In this document: piece after piece, positions 48,930 through 63,099 of the stretch
How positions within the stretch are numbered: the first letter of the stretch is position 1
Layout of the letters: every line of letters begins with the position of its first letter
NCBI GenBank assembly: GCA_028534125.1
Contig: CM052828.1
Coordinates: 60,202,001 to 60,266,000 of the forward strand
Origin: Lama glama
Lineage: Eukaryota
Reading direction: 5' to 3'
DNA length: 64,000 nt
The notes under the pieces: generated by a model
What the model saw: only the letters and a program-made list of their open reading frames with translations
The model's database searches: none
What the model was told of the DNA's origin: nothing
Program-made: the position numbers and the translations under genes

Positions 48930-51900
48930 CGTGGTCTACGGAGGAGGGTTCTAGGACACGTGGTGTGCTCGTTCACGTAGTGATGCATAACGTTTGACAG
49001 TCCTCCGCTGGGGTCAGCAAATCTAACGATTGTTTTGCTTTTACGCATTTTCACTTCTTTCACAAACTTAACTGAATGTGCTTATTGGCCTAAGACATAA
49101 GTGCTTACTGCACTCACCAGTGATTCTCAGCTTTTTCATCTTTGCTTCCTGTTTATTGTTATTAAGAGATTTGTTAAAACTTAAAAAATAAACTTTATCC
49201 AGCTTTTCTGTCTTGCTCTGGAGAGAACAAACCCATCCCTGATTCCTGAGGTGACTGCCTGCAGGACACATCATGCGATGTTTTGGGCAGTTTACGGTCT
49301 TTATTGTAACCACCTTCAGTGCTTTCCAGCTCCTGCTCAGGCTCCGTCGTGGCTCCGACAGTTCAGGTGTGAAGGAAAAGCTGGGCTGGGCTGGGCTAAC
49401 AAGATAACTCACAAATTTAAATATCGGAATACTGATCTGAGTTTTGCTGGACTAACTTGTAAATCTAAGTTAATTAGTGTTGGTTTGCTGCCTCCCTGCC
49501 TCCACTTTTGTGATAATGATGCTGCTAAAGCTGTTCCATGCCTATTGGCCGAATACCCCAAGCTTGTACTTTACCCAATTAAACCTCATGCGCACGTCCT
49601 GGAGGTGCTCAGAGCTTCGACGCAGAAGCGCTTCTGAGCCCGCCGGCGTAATACATCTGAGTACTCCAACCCTCCGAGTGGTGCTTGTTTCTTGGCTGGC
49701 CTGTCGTTTCTGTAACACAGGCACACGGAGGGGTCAGACACAGAGCAGGCCGGGGCCTGTGCTCTCGGCTCTCTCCCGCCGGCCCTGTACGGAGGGAGGG
49801 GAGGGCTGGGGGTTCCAGGCTGGTTCCTTTGGAAGCTGAGGGTGTCCCAGGTGCAGAAACAGAATCGCTCTTGCCCTGATGATAATGTCCCCCCGCAAAC
49901 CCAGGGAAGCCGGAGGGCCAGGGTCGCTTCGCCTCGGCACGAGGTCCGGAGGTTTTGGCATTTTCCCCCAGATTTTGCTGCCTGATACTCTACACCGTCT
50001 CTTAGAAGGACGGTCCTGGAAGCCCCGCCTCCCCTGCCAGCACCTGGCTGCAGAGTGCAGTTCCGGCTCTTCTTTCCTTTTGAGCTGGCGTGGCCGTCCT
50101 GGTTGCCATTTGGTGGGAGGCCCGTTTGGAGGGATTATCAAGTGACTTGGTGCTGCTTTACCTTCTGAGCTGCCAGGGAAGCCTCTCTGCAGAGGAACTG
50201 GAGTGGTTAATTAAAATGTTAATAGGATTTGTAGGAGGATTAAAGAGGAAATGCATGCAGGAATTTGGAGTGAAGGAGAATGAGGAGCCTGGCGTTGTCA
50301 GGAATCCAGGAAGAGGCCTCAGTGAGGAGGGGGCTCAGCCCTCCACTGCCTCCCCTCCACCCACCCCCGGGCTGCGCTGCCCTCCCTCCTGTCTCTCCAG
50401 CCCGGCCAGGGGCTCAGTTTGGCTCACTGAGAGGCAGCTGTGGGACCACCACCCACAGCCTTTCCACCGGCCCACCCAGCACCTGTGCTCATGTTGGGTC
50501 CAGCCGCTAAGTTCCCAACACGTTTGGCCTCCCTTTCAACCTGAGCTTGGAATTTAGAACACGTGACCTCCACGCTCTTATGTTCACACGTTGTGCGATG
50601 TGCTTTCACAGGAAGTGAATACGACGTTCAGCAAACCGGCAGACAGACCCTTGGCTGCAGCGGCCGCTCATGATGCCGCAGGAGGTACACAGATTTCCTT
50701 TTTTTCTGGGCAACATATGGTGCTCCTTTGACTTCAGGCATAATCGAGACAATATCTTCATGTGCATCAACTCCGAGGCCGTCCTATGTTCTGTAGGTGA
50801 AAGTGTCACTTGGGTCTAATTAAACTGATTGGAAACAGTGCTCAGGAAGCAGGTTCAAAGACGCTGTGATCCCGAAGGTGCGGGGAGCCTGCCCCCGTCC
50901 TGCGTGCGAAGCCGAGACTGTCTCCACAGCGCCTCCCCACCACCCCGGGCTCCGGCGTGGCTGACCACCGGGGTTCTGACCTGTAGGAACTTGTCCTGCT
51001 TCTTTGGGGAGCATTGCTCTGACTGCTGAGGGTCCAGGAGCAGGTGCAGCAGAATGTGCTCTTCGGCTGTGAAACAGCTCTTGGTGTTACGTTTGTTGGT
51101 GAAATGAGTCGACGCTCCAAAAGGCTGTGACATTGACTGACTCTGATGGCCTGGGGCCAGCTCTAGGGGCAGCTGGGAGAGGCTTTATATCAGGATCGCC
51201 AGCTCGCTCCCCTCTGAAGTCAGAAGAAAGCATAGCATGGCCACAAGGGGGGCGTCTGTCCTGTGCTGCCACATTGCAGCCATGCGCTCAGGGAGGTCTT
51301 TTCCAGCCCAGCTTCCTTGTTTTTCACATGGGGGTGACATGTCCCACCTCCTTCACAAGGTGGTCGTGAGGAGCAGTGGAGGATGGCTAGAAAGAGGCTG
51401 TGTGTGTCATATAGTCTGCGGGGTTCAGGGAGGTCTACCCTTGGTCTCACCCAGCAGGTGCCCCACATTCCTGTCTCTCCACGAAACTCTCTCTGCCTGG
51501 GTCCCCTGACAGCCAAGGCAGGAGGCCAGTTTTACTCAAGTGGCCCGTGGCTGTGGAGTTTCAGTAAGTGTTCCTGAGAACCACCACTCTTCTTGGCAGA
51601 CCTGCATGGTGTAGTTGTCCCCAGCCTCACAGCCGTTTTCTGGCTGGAGAGTCGGATGAATTTATTACGCTGAAAACTCTTTGTGTCGCTGAAAACGCAT
51701 CCGCGCAGTCAGTGTGGACCTCTTCCCGCGGTCCCGTGGAGGGAGCCCCTCCCTGCCCCTTCCCTGCTCCCCTCCGCGTGCCTCCCTCTGCTGCTCTCAA
51801 GTCTTCAGACCGGCTTTGATTTGGAGCCTCCTTTCTGCCCTGATGCCCCGGCCCCGTGAAGCTCACAGCTCACACGAGTTCATCAAAGAAATGCCACTGA

Positions 51901-52854
51901 CCCAGGAGTTCACTTTGGGAGCCATAAAATTGACCCCAGAGCACGGAGAGAGGCCGTGCAGAAGTCGGCTTCTAATAGTAAAGAGCCCTGGGGAACTGAC
52001 CACAGTGCGCGTCTCCATTGCAGAGACGAGCAGTGCAGGGAGAAGTGAGTGACGGAGGGCGATACGGATTCCCTTTGAAAAGGAGTTCAGTGTTCAGACA
52101 TTTTTGTTAATGGTGTATAAAAACAGCTTTCATGTTAAATGCTGCTGTTTTCTTAGCAGTGTTTCCTGCCGGTGCAGGACAAGCAGTAGGTCGACTGCCC
52201 GCTAGACACACAGGTGGGAGTACCTTGGGTACAGCGTGGGACCATGCCTGCCCCCAGGACACGGGCCATCTCGTCAGCCCGCTGCCTGGAACAGGAGGCA
52301 GAAGGACACGGGCCTCCCGACTGCGCCATTTGGCTGTCATGACCTGGACCCGCAGCCTGCCTTCCAGCTCCCATTTTTGCACGCCAGCCCGGCGGACCCT
52401 GGTGAGGTGAACGGAGACAGCAGGTTCCCAGCGTGGAGCCCCGTCTCCCTCCCAGGCCCCTCCAGGCAGTGTCCACCTCTCTTTCCCTGGCATTCCCCAT
52501 AAAGCCCTTTCCTCCTCACCGCTTCCCTTGGACCTGAGGCAGCTCCTGTATGTTTAGATGTAAGGTTATTAAATTCAGATCCAGCCACCCTTAGAAAACT
52601 GATGCTTTAGAGGACACAGAATTCCTGAAATTACATGCGGGTTTGGTATATATATGCATTTTCTGAGAAGAAAATACAGAACTACCTCCAGACTGTTCAG
52701 AACATGTTTCCCTGGTGCAGGTTCTCTCTGGAAGGAACGTACAGCAGATCGACATGGGATGTGTTCTGTCAATCTGTGTTGCTCCAAGGTTCAGGGTCAG
52801 TGTTTCCGGATCTAGGGGAGGCTGGTAGGCAGGGAGGAGCTGTCGGATGTGGTC

Positions 52855-53260
52855 TGTGATGGTTGATTCTGTGTGTCAGCTTGGCCAGGCTACGGTTCCC
52901 AGAAATTTGATCAAACACCAGTACAGACACTGTGGAAGTACTTGCTGATTGTGATGAGCATTTACATCAGCAGACTCTTGAGTAAAGCAGGTTACTCTCC
53001 CGGATGTGGGTGCGGCCTCATCTCATCACTGGAAGGTTTTAAGAGAGAAAGACTGAGTGCCTCTTGGAAGAGGGACTCCTGCGTCCCGCTCTTCCCCAGG
53101 CCTCCAGCCCCTGGCCTGCCCACAGGCTTCAGACTTGCCAGTCTTCGTAACCACAGGAGCCAGCTCCTTAGCTAAATCCATTCCTCTCCCCGTACGTACA
53201 CACAGACACATTACACCCTATTGGTTCTCTGGCCAGTCAGTGGGAACCCTGACGAATAAG
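52855..53260 (+). mobile_element. MLT2 (ERVL) solo LTR
   Basis: tgtgatggttgattctgtgtgtcagcttggccaggctac...tgagtaaagcag...ttcagacttgccag...cctattggttct...gaaccctgacgaata; imperfect TSD TGGTC/TAGTC. Confidence 0.9.
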
Positions 53261-54859
53261 TAGTCCAATTTTTCCATTTAACCCCAATTAGTAATTTCTC
53301 AGAGCTAAGTACTTCATATACACTATTTAATTCTCTAAATAACCCCCTGAGGTGATAATGGCCCAGTTCTGGGGCTGGGAAGAGAGCTCGGGTCAGGCTG
53401 CCCTGCTCCTCCCCTCAGCTCCACCAACCCTGCCGCTTTCCCATAGCTCCTGGGCGGGTAGGGGGTGGGCTGCTGCCTTAGCTTCTGGGCGGTGCTGTTC
53501 CCTTCCTTAGGGTGGAACGTGTGTTACCCGAAGCTCTTCAGGGTCAGCCGGTGCCCAGCTCCTACTTGTGTTGGTCTGAGGCCGTCTCCTCTGCAGCTTG
53601 GCCTCTGCCCCGCCTGCACAGCTCCCTTCCTCTCCCCGCTCCATCCTGGCCGGTGAGCACTTCCCAGGGGAGCCTCGGAATCGCGCTGGGCTCCTTGGAC
53701 ATGGACCCCGGCCTGCCTGGCTCGTGAGAGGCACAGACGGACTTGGCGCCAGCACAGCTGTGCAATCACTCCTGCTGGGACACAGCTCTCTTTCCTGGCC
53801 AAGGGACTTGGCAGAGCCTAGACCCCGTGGGGAGGTGAGGGTGCCTCATCGCCTCTTCTGTGGAGCAGGCATCTCCAGCACCACTCACCACGTTGACCAC
53901 ACACTTGAACATGACACCCCTCATCATCCAGTTATTCCCGGGATGAGGAGAGAAAGGACGCAGCCAAGCAAAGACGGAGGAACCCAGGCCCTCAGCCCTG
54001 CAGAGCAGCCCCTCTCCTGTCTGTTCTTGGGCTGTCACCTGTCAGAAATATTTGGCAGCACTCTGGGCTCCAGGCTTCTTCTAAACTCTTGGTTTGGTGG
54101 TCCTGGGGGCCCTGGAGGGTGGCATGACCCCCTTGCCCCGCACGCCAGTCCAAGAAAGGACAGCGGTGGGACACCACCTCTGGGCTTGAGCTTTCAAGAA
54201 TAAGCAGGGCACGCTCAAGTTGTCACTAACAGCCCAGACCCATAGGAAGTGGCTGCTTGGCTCCTTCAAGGGAGAGGCCAGGGGTGGAGAAGGAGGGACC
54301 AAGGTCAGTGACTGGGGTGATAAGGTCCAGGGGCCTGAATGTGGGGGAGGGTTGTCAGGTGCTGCCTGGGGGCCGGGGTCTCTGGCCCCATGTGTCACCT
54401 CTTAACTCCACATCAGCACCATCTTCTGACATACCTTGTACTCTTAAGTTTCTTTGGCCTCAAAGGAAAGGTCACCTGGGAGATGCAGGCTTTGCCTTCT
54501 GCGCCCTGCAGCTGCCTTCTGCGCACTCCTGTCTCTCCGGCTTCCTGAGGACCCTTTGCTGCAGACAAATGAGTTGGCTCCACCAAGCGGGGTTTGGGTA
54601 TTTGTTCCACAAGGGGCACCCTCGCACCCTGTGCCCTCCCGCTTCACTGTCCCCTACACCTGCTCACACTGCACTTCAGATTTGGTCACGGCCTGACCCT
54701 CCCTCAAGCCTCCTCCGGCCGTGTTAGGAGGACCGTCTCACCCATGTCAGTCCCCCATGGGCCTGATGCAGCAGTGGTCCCTGCCTGCATGGCGGACGGT
54801 CTCCATTGGACCCACCTCTGCTTGCATGCTCTTGGAGGCCCATGACCATGGCATGTGCT

Positions 54860-55330
54860 TCTTTGCAGGCCTGGCACAAGTGGGTGCCTGGTGAACAGTG
54901 AGACAGACTGACACGACGTGGGTGATCTGGCCCTGATAGATGTCCTCCCTGGCCAGGAGAGAGTTGTCACCGGCATCTTCAGTGACTTGGTGGCTTTCTG
55001 AGCCCAAGGCAGAGAGGAGACTGAGACTTAGATTATCATGTGTGTGGACATGGAGGGTGGAGACAGAGGAGGGAATCTGGTGGAAGGGGAAGGAAGACAG
55101 CAAGGTGATCTGTGATGTGTCCAGTTTGGGATGGAACATTCAGGCGGGGAAGACCAGTTAGCGATATGCCTAGAGATCAGGGGCGGGTTCCGGGCAACTG
55201 GGCATCTGGCTAGAGGATGGCCGACCGTGAGAACATGGACGAGATTCTGCAGGAGGAGGACAGAGCTCGGGAGACCGTGGACACTCCCGTGGATGGAGGA
55301 GAAAGAATTGGAGTGAGTCAAGGTCAGAGC
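54860..55330 (-). mobile_element. L2 fragment
   Basis: gcaggcctggcacaagtgggtgcctggtgaacagtgagacagac...tggccctgat. Confidence 0.5.
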
Positions 55331-57949
55331 GAGTTACCAGGAGGAAAAAGCGGTCGGTAGACTGACCGTGGATGCCAGGAGGTCAGGCAGCCGCCTTCCA
55401 CTGGCCCTCGGCCGCCTCTGCTGTCCTCGCCACACTCTCCCATCACTCATGGGCGCCGTAGTGAACGTGGTTGCAAGCATTTCTCAACTCTGGCTGTAGC
55501 CAATTTAGGAAACGTTTAGAAGCAGTTGCCTTTGATGGAAGTCATGGAAACTTCTACAGTTTTTGTAAACATTAAATATTAATTTTGGAGAAAAGCAAAA
55601 TTCTCCCCCCTCCCCTAGTGCTTCAGAACAGGTCTGAGAAGCTCTGTTCACTGTTTGGAACACGGCCATCACCCGCCGCACCCCCGCCACCCCGCCACCT
55701 TTGCTGCAGGAGGGTGGGCACGTCCCCATGTTTCACAGGCTGCCTCCCCCGAGGAGGTTGTACGGTCTGTGCCACAGACGGGGGGGCTGGCAGGGAGAGG
55801 GATCACGGCACGTTCAGGTTGTTCTTGCCAGCGCTCCAGGTTCCACAGCAGGGAAATCTAGAAAACGGTCCCTGATCTGGCTCCCTGTCTCGGAAGAAGC
55901 ACATAACTAAAGTGGTGAACTGTCTCCTCTGTCCTTCCTCCCTTCTTTTTCTGTGCTCCATGAAAGGACAGCGATCATGGCCATCGCGTCCCTCGGCAGC
56001 TCTGTGCCTCCTCACTGGCTGTTCAGCCAGGAATCTTCGATTGTGCCCACGTTATTTGGACGGGGGGGCTTCTGCGTGTCGTGAGTGAGCATAAAAGCCC
56101 CACGGTGCATTCGGCCATCTTGGCAGTGTCGTTCGAGACTTTTTAAAATTAAAAGTCTGCCTCAGAGTATGTCAAGTACTCCTGTGTTTTTGCCATTCTT
56201 CTTATTTCTATGGCAACGAAAATATCTCAACATTTACATGGACATCATATTCTTTGCTAATGTACCATCTGAACTGTGTGTATGCGAGAAGGGAGCCGGG
56301 AGAGGCTGCCTTTGCTGGCTGGGAAGCTGGAGTTGCCAAGACAACCCGGGGGCCCAAAGATGTCCTCACTGGGAGCATTAAATGGAAGCTTTAAATTAAT
56401 TCACTCTCGTGTGTTTTGTAGCTTATGTTGTTAATTGAAATAATAGGAATGACCTTCCCGTACGTTCAAAGCACCTGTCTTATTAAAATCATCTGTGCTG
56501 TTTCCTTAAGTACACTCATCTCTCAGGTAAAGCTAGTGTGAAATAGGAGAATGGAAGACACTTAAAAGGCTGCTGCGTATTGACTTGCAGGGACGAGGGA
56601 AGCGGCTTTCCTTGTGTCAGGCTTGAAATACTGGCAGTAAACATTTTTATTTTAAAACTTCATTTACTTCTGTTCTCTTCCTTGCTGGCTCCGAATCTGA
56701 GAACTCTGTGGGCTGTCGGATACTGGCGCTTGGTTAGAGAGAGCCTTACAGAGAGCCGCGTTTGCTGTCCCACCAGTGCGTTTAGGGAGACGGAGACACT
56801 GATGCGCCTGCTCCACCTTCCTCGCTCCACGAGCAGGAACGATTCCATCAGCCTGGCTCGTAACGACCTGGGTGCCCAGCGCCACCTCTGCCAGGCTGGG
56901 TGACCCACTTCTCAGGATCTTCTACCTGATAAGGTGACAACTTGGGGATCCTAACTGACTTTCCCTCCACCATGAAAGTCACGGGGCGTAAGTGCAGAAC
57001 ACCCTAGAAGGAAGAGTTTTCTCATCCGTGTAAATGGGGAAAGCGTGGCTCAGGGCTGCTTGAGACACCTTGCCCACAAAGAATGTTCTGTTTGCAACTG
57101 TGGATTTAGAAGCTAAGCATATAAATTCGGGAGATGAGGGGGAGGAATTAAAGCACACACTTACATGCTCCACATTTTGGATTCACTACCAGCTGTAGAA
57201 ACAAGGTTAATGGGCTGGTACCGACCAGAAGTGAACGGCCACACCAAGGGTCACCAATAAGAGCTCATCCTCCCTCACCTTCCACGAATTCCCTTTTCAT
57301 TTAATTCTGGTCATTTGGGGATGATGACTCCATCCACCATCGTTGCCTGGTAACGGCTTTCACGTGTCTGATTGCTGGAGCAGGAGGCCAGTCCTGAGGC
57401 TCCGAGGTCATGAAGCCCAGGGCAGGTGCACACCCGCGAGGGGGCGGGTCCGAGGCCCTGGCCAGACGTCTGGCCGGGTCGAGCCTGTGTGGAAGCCTCA
57501 GGCTTTGGGAGGAGGGGGAGAGGGAAGGCGAGAAGTTTCCAAAGGCGAACTTCACACGTTGCTGCTTCCTATCTTTGTATGAGACCAGCTCGCTCGTGTG
57601 TGAGCAAAAGTTATCTTTTCCTCTCTTCAGTCCCTTGCATATAGTGCAATTGAGAATTGGGAGTTTGACCCTGTAATCGACGTTTATAGCTATAGAACAA
57701 AACAAAAACGAGAAACAAAACGGCAGATCGCGAGCAAGCAGGTGTGCAGAACCCTCCACTGCATTTGGAGGGAAATTCTGATTGTCCTGGATGGATTAAT
57801 ACTACTGTTTAAGAATGTAGAGCCATGTCCTGCGGGAGGGTCTCAGTAGTTACTGTTCGTTGTCACCATAGAGTGAGAGCCCGCAGGGGAGGAGGGGGCA
57901 GTTAGGCCTTGGGGCAGAAAGGCCAGACTCCAAAGTCGGCAGCTTCCAG

Positions 57950-58380
57950 ACAGCACCCCGGCCCCCCGCCCCTGAGCTTGGCTCCTACTCTGAGTCAGTT
58001 TGAGGACCACCCACTCTCTGGGTGCTGGGCCCCTGTGAGGTTTCACCCCACCCTACCCCGCAGACAAGCTCCAGCTCCCCCCCCCGCCCCGTGTCGGCCG
58101 GTAACCCCCATCCCTGGGCCCGGGCTGCTGGTGGGTGGAGCCGGGCCGAGGGCAGCAGCGGTTAGGCCCCCGGTGGTGACGCGCAGGCTTCGGGGTGGCA
58201 CTCACCCTAACAGTCGTCTGGCTGCCGATTTGGAGGACGTTACTAGGAGGGCTTTTAAGTGACGACGTTTGCTTCAAGGCTGCAACGGCACTGCCTTTTC
58301 ACGCGTGTGACTGAACCGAGAGCCGCCCAGGCTGGGTTCAGGCAGACTCACCGGCGAGGAGGCGTGAGCTCTGCTTCTTA
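57950..58380. promoter_or_regulatory. CpG/GC-box-rich patch (possible orphan CpG island or enhancer)
   Basis: Dense CpG, ccccgcccc GC boxes and tgacg half-sites in non-repeat sequence. CpG observed/expected was not computed. Confidence 0.3.
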
Positions 58381-60264
58381 ACTGGGGGACATTTTATTTT
58401 ATGGGGGTCTAGCTTTTCTTCATCATCCAGAAAATAACGGTAAATGTTGCTTTGAAGACGTAAGATTTCTCCTCCCGATTTAAACCTTTCTCCCTCCTTT
58501 TAGGAGAATTAACAAGTCGTTGTGGCCGTATTTCAAGTAATTTAATTGACTTACTTAATTCAAATGACTTCAATGAAATGGCAATTGAAGGCAGATTTGC
58601 TGCCAGACATTATTAAATAGTAAAAGAAAAAGCAACTTGTGGACAACGTATCTGAGCAAGTCATTCACCTCACAGCGTTGTTGTTGCCACTTCAGGATAA
58701 ACTCTCCAGTTTTCCTCCAGAAAAAAAAAAATGTAAGTTTGAATGTCAACATGTGGCTGCTTTTAAAACAACAGTGTATTGCTAAGTGTACCTCTGACCA
58801 CATACACGCCTGATCACTCCTTGTTACACTGGTGTGTGCAATAGCAAAAAGAGAAAGTCTGGTGGAGATGCGGTAGAGCTTCTTAGGAGAACTAATTTGG
58901 GGGAACATATTAAAGTGAATAATTGGGCACTTGGATATCAGAGAGGCACCTCCCAGAGAGGCGCACCATTCGTTCTCCCGAAACTTGGCTCCTGCCTGAC
59001 CTGGGACATGGCCCTCGTCTGGGCGGCTCCCTCGATGCCCGCATGTGATCAGCAGGGGTCTGTGCACACACGGGTGCAGGGGGCTGCCAGCCACATCTGG
59101 GTGAAAAGTGATGAATCATGAGAAACTGAGAAGGGAGCGAAGGCTTCACGTAAGTCATCTTTCACTTTTTTCCTTGGACTTGCTGAGTTCATTATTTCCT
59201 CGTGGTGATTTTCCCATACCTTTGTATATTTAATTTCCTTTTTAATGGACAAACTGTCATGGGAGGTTACACAAGCATTATTATTCAGAGGAATGTTTAT
59301 ATCACTCAGATAAATATCATGGAGAATTATGGATCGGGGGTATATTTATTACATATACAACCGAGAAAAATGACTGTGTATTATCAAGTAAATACATGCT
59401 ATATTTAAATAACGTGATAACAATCACCAATCACTGAGCTTTTCCTTGGTGTTCTGGAATTAGAATATACAGAAAAGCAAATTAATATTTAAACTCTGTG
59501 TATGACTTCGAGAATCCGTAATATGCATAACAAAGATGACTCTGGGCTACGCTGGGGTGAGATGATATCACACGTGGATTACTGCAGGAGGCCGGTGAGA
59601 AGCCCGTGTCGGCACCGGGGCCTCAGGGACTGGAGGTGATGCCTCCACACTGAACATAATTCCATTATTATTAAGAGCGTTTGTCTCCCGTGGCTGCTGG
59701 TGAGCACCATATAAAGTACTTGAAACAAAACAACTTATGATCTTTTAGAGCTTAGAAATCAAGGCTGCAGATAGGAAGCAGGAGCTGAGGTTAACTGGCT
59801 AATTATCAGACACGCATAAGCATGTACGTTGCTTTTTGAAGCCAAAGATGGTAGCTGAAGCACAGAGTGAGCCGGGGGATGAGCAGTTTAGCCAAGGTGG
59901 GGCGTCGGCCGGCAGGCGTGCGATCCCAGCTCAGCGACTCAGGAGGCCTTGGAAGTGGCTTCGTATGTAGGATGGTCCCGTCGGAACGAGGTTCCAGCGT
60001 CTGCACTTCTGGGCTCTTCTTCACGGGGGTTTCCACCCTCAGTCTTATCCAGCATGATTTCCTGTCCACCTTGGAGGAGTTCAAGGTGCAGCTCTAAGTT
60101 CAGCTCTGCCCCCCAGGTCCCGCGAGCTGTGGTGATGCTAGCCCAGGATGGCCTGTGCTGAAGGACGCAGAGATGGAGCGAGCAACGTGATGCCCTGCGC
60201 CGCCCAGATATGTTTGTCCTTCTCCCTTCCTTAGCAAGGAAACAGGAATCAAGAAGCAGTTGTT

Positions 60265-60372
60265 GGGGCTGGGAGTGGGGATTTTAGTGGTAGAGCGCAC
60301 GCTAGGCGTGCACGAGGTCCTGGGTTCAACCCCCAGTGCCTCCATTGAGGGAAAAAACACAAAACTTTTGAA
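60265..60372 (+). mobile_element. tRNA-derived SINE, camelid Vic-1 type
   Basis: A-box-like tagtggtagagcg, B box gggttcaacccc, A-rich tail, and a 14-bp TSD aagaagcagttgtt (60251-60264) / aagaggcagttgtt (60373-60386). Confidence 0.92.
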
Positions 60373-60989
60373 AAGAGGCAGTTGTTACCAGCATACACGT
60401 CACAAGAGACCACGCAGTTGGGACTACCTGATTTACGTGCGTTTAGGGAAAGGACGAAGTTGGGGCTCCTGTGTCCAGCGAGACAGCATCTCTGCGCTCC
60501 CTGTGCGTGTCTAAGAGCAGAGACTCCAGACCAGCCACGGCGGTTCATTCCTGGGGTTGCCCCATCCTGGCAGTCACAGGTCTCCCCCCTTCAGGCTAAC
60601 CAGAACCCCATTCAGGCCACTGGAATGGCAGGACGGGCCAAAGCTTTAGAGACTACAGCACACCCCGTTATTTCCTCAGTAACCGGAGCCCCAAAAGCTG
60701 ATGCTCCCTGTGCAGGGTTCCCCGAGAGATCACGGCAGAACAGGGGCCCCTCTAATTTGGTCTACAGGGACAGACAGAACCTCCCAGAAGCCGCTCACAC
60801 CACCACACCAGTCTTCCTGGACTAGCGGCCCTGGTTCCCTGAGAACGTCCCACTGTCGTCTTTTCCCTCTCTCAAATTTTTAATCAGTGACAGATTGAAC
60901 AGAATACATGTAATATGTAAATATATAATACAACGTGGTAATGGTACATAAAGACACAATCTTTAATAACCACCTGGTAGGTCCCAGCA

Positions 60990-61170
60990 ACTTTGGAACA
61001 TTCTTTGAGACAGTATCTTCTATAATCCTCAGAAAAATCCTCGCAGGTAGATAGTATTCATATTGTAAAAGGCAAGGAAAGCGAGCCTCACAAAGGTTGA
61101 GCATTGGGCCCTGATGGAGTTAAGAAGCCGTAACAGCAGTGTGACTTCTGTCAACGTCTGATCCCGGGCT
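60990..61170 (-). mobile_element. MIR SINE
   Basis: tataatcctcagaaaaatcctcgcaggtagatagtatt...aaggaaagcgagcctcacaaaggttgag. Confidence 0.6.
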
Positions 61171-63099
61171 GCTGGTGTCGGACATGCCCATCTTCCCGAC
61201 CCCGTCCTTCTCTAGTCTCGTGCTGAGACTTAGGCACCCCAGTAGGGATGTGAGTGAGGAGGTCCCGGCGATAGCACTCCTGCCTTGCTCAGCGCTCACC
61301 TCTCAGGGCCTGCGGCGTGAGCCCGCGTCACTGACCACCCCTCTCCTAGCCCCAATCCCCGTGCTGATCCCAGTGAACGCTTCGGACCGAGGCTCGGTGA
61401 AACCACGGAGCAGGCATAGAGCGCCAGGGTTTGCACTGCGATCTAATAAAGCTCGCCAGCACGTGGGGACGCCTCACACAGCAGCCATCTTTGGTATGGG
61501 AGTTACGTGAACGGCGAGCAGTCCCATAAATGACAGTGATGAGTTCACTGCCATGGAGCCAAACCGCTTCTCCCGTTTTCCTTTACTTTATTCATGTCTG
61601 TAAGCAGCAGCGATGCAGTGGGTTCCCTAACTTTCCTGCAACCTCATCCTCTCTGCCTCGGAGCCCCCGCCCTTCCCCACGCCCTTCCTCCCTCTGTCTG
61701 TCTCCCTCTCACACTCCCGCACACTGAAGGTCCAGCACCAGGCACCTGTCTGCCCCACCCGCAGCGGGGACCCTCCCTTTTCCTCGCAGTGGTCTCCTGG
61801 TGTCCTGGTGAGGCCCTGATGCTCTGGAGCAGGAGGGCGAGGACACAGGCCAGCAGAGGGGCCAGGTCCTGGGTCTGTTCCTGCGGCCGCCCACGCCCCC
61901 TCCGCCGGGAGCCCTGGTTCGGGGCGGGGGCCTGGAGAGCACGAGGACCCAGGACTCTGCAAGTCCAGACAGAGCGGTCGCGGCAGTGCGCCGTGTTAGG
62001 TGGTGAGACAGCTCTGACTCCCCTTCAAGGCAGTAGTGCCTCCTGACCGTGTTTACTCAGTCACCACAGTCACTGAGTATCGCGTGACGGCCGTGTCTGT
62101 GTTTCTGAGAAGAAAAGTCTCAAGTGACTCTTCAAAGAGCTAGAAGAGGGCCAAGTCATTTATTTGGCCTCAAAATATTCGTTGCTGTGGCTTGGACTCG
62201 ACAGGAAATGGAAGTTGAGTGAAAGGACCCCACCCGGTCGGGAGGCACAGAGCAAGAGAGAGTCCCCAGCCAGTGCGTCTCAGGTTTGCGCTGAGCTGAC
62301 ACGAGCAGAAGGTGGCGGTGGTTAGGGGTTTGTCTGCCCTGACGGGCCAGGCCAGGAGTCCTGAGTGCCGGCTGGGCTCTGGTCCTGCCGCGCGCCGAGG
62401 AGCCCCGGTCTTTCGTGCTCTGCTTGTGTGGTTAGCACGAGCTGGTTGCCGTGTGGTCTCTGGACGGCAGAGCCACTGTCAGCACCGACTGCCTTTCAGG
62501 CAGGAATGGGGTGTGCCAACCAAGGTGCCCCTGAAAGCTTCCCTGGAGGTGCCCCTTCCCCTCAGCAGCTTCTCTACAGCCCACTGTCCGGGCCCCGATC
62601 GCACGACAGCCCTGGGGAGGCTGCGAGTGGAGCTCTCCCTGGGCGCACGGTCACCACAAGGGCCAGTCTTGCCAGTAAGGAAGAAGGGAGACCGTCCATC
62701 CCATAGGTGGCTGTGCGTGGGGTGAGGGAAGGGCTTTGGAGGTTGACTCGGGAGGAAGGGAGATGGCGGAAGACTGGGCTGGCCCAGCCAGGATGGGCCC
62801 TGCAGGGGTGACCGTTGTGGACATGGTGGCAAGCCCGCTGCAGGCAGGGCGGCGCGTGTGGGCTGGGTGCGGGATGTGGGCTTGCTTACCAAGGGCCTGT
62901 TATGTTCTAGAAGCTGCATTTTATTATGTGCACTGATTATGTCCATTTAATCACTGTAACTGGGGGGCAGTCTGTATAGTGGTTATGGGTGTGGATGGCA
63001 GTTAGAAAGCCCCAGATTAAGTCCCGGTTCTGAGTCCCTCCGTGTCGGAGTGGAGGTTATGCATAAGCAGGAGTGGCGCTGGCTGGGCTAGAGCTGGAG

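Noticed and set aside
60265-60345. tRNA gene
   Set aside because: It has a degenerate 5' stem, an A-rich tail and a TSD, so it is a SINE.
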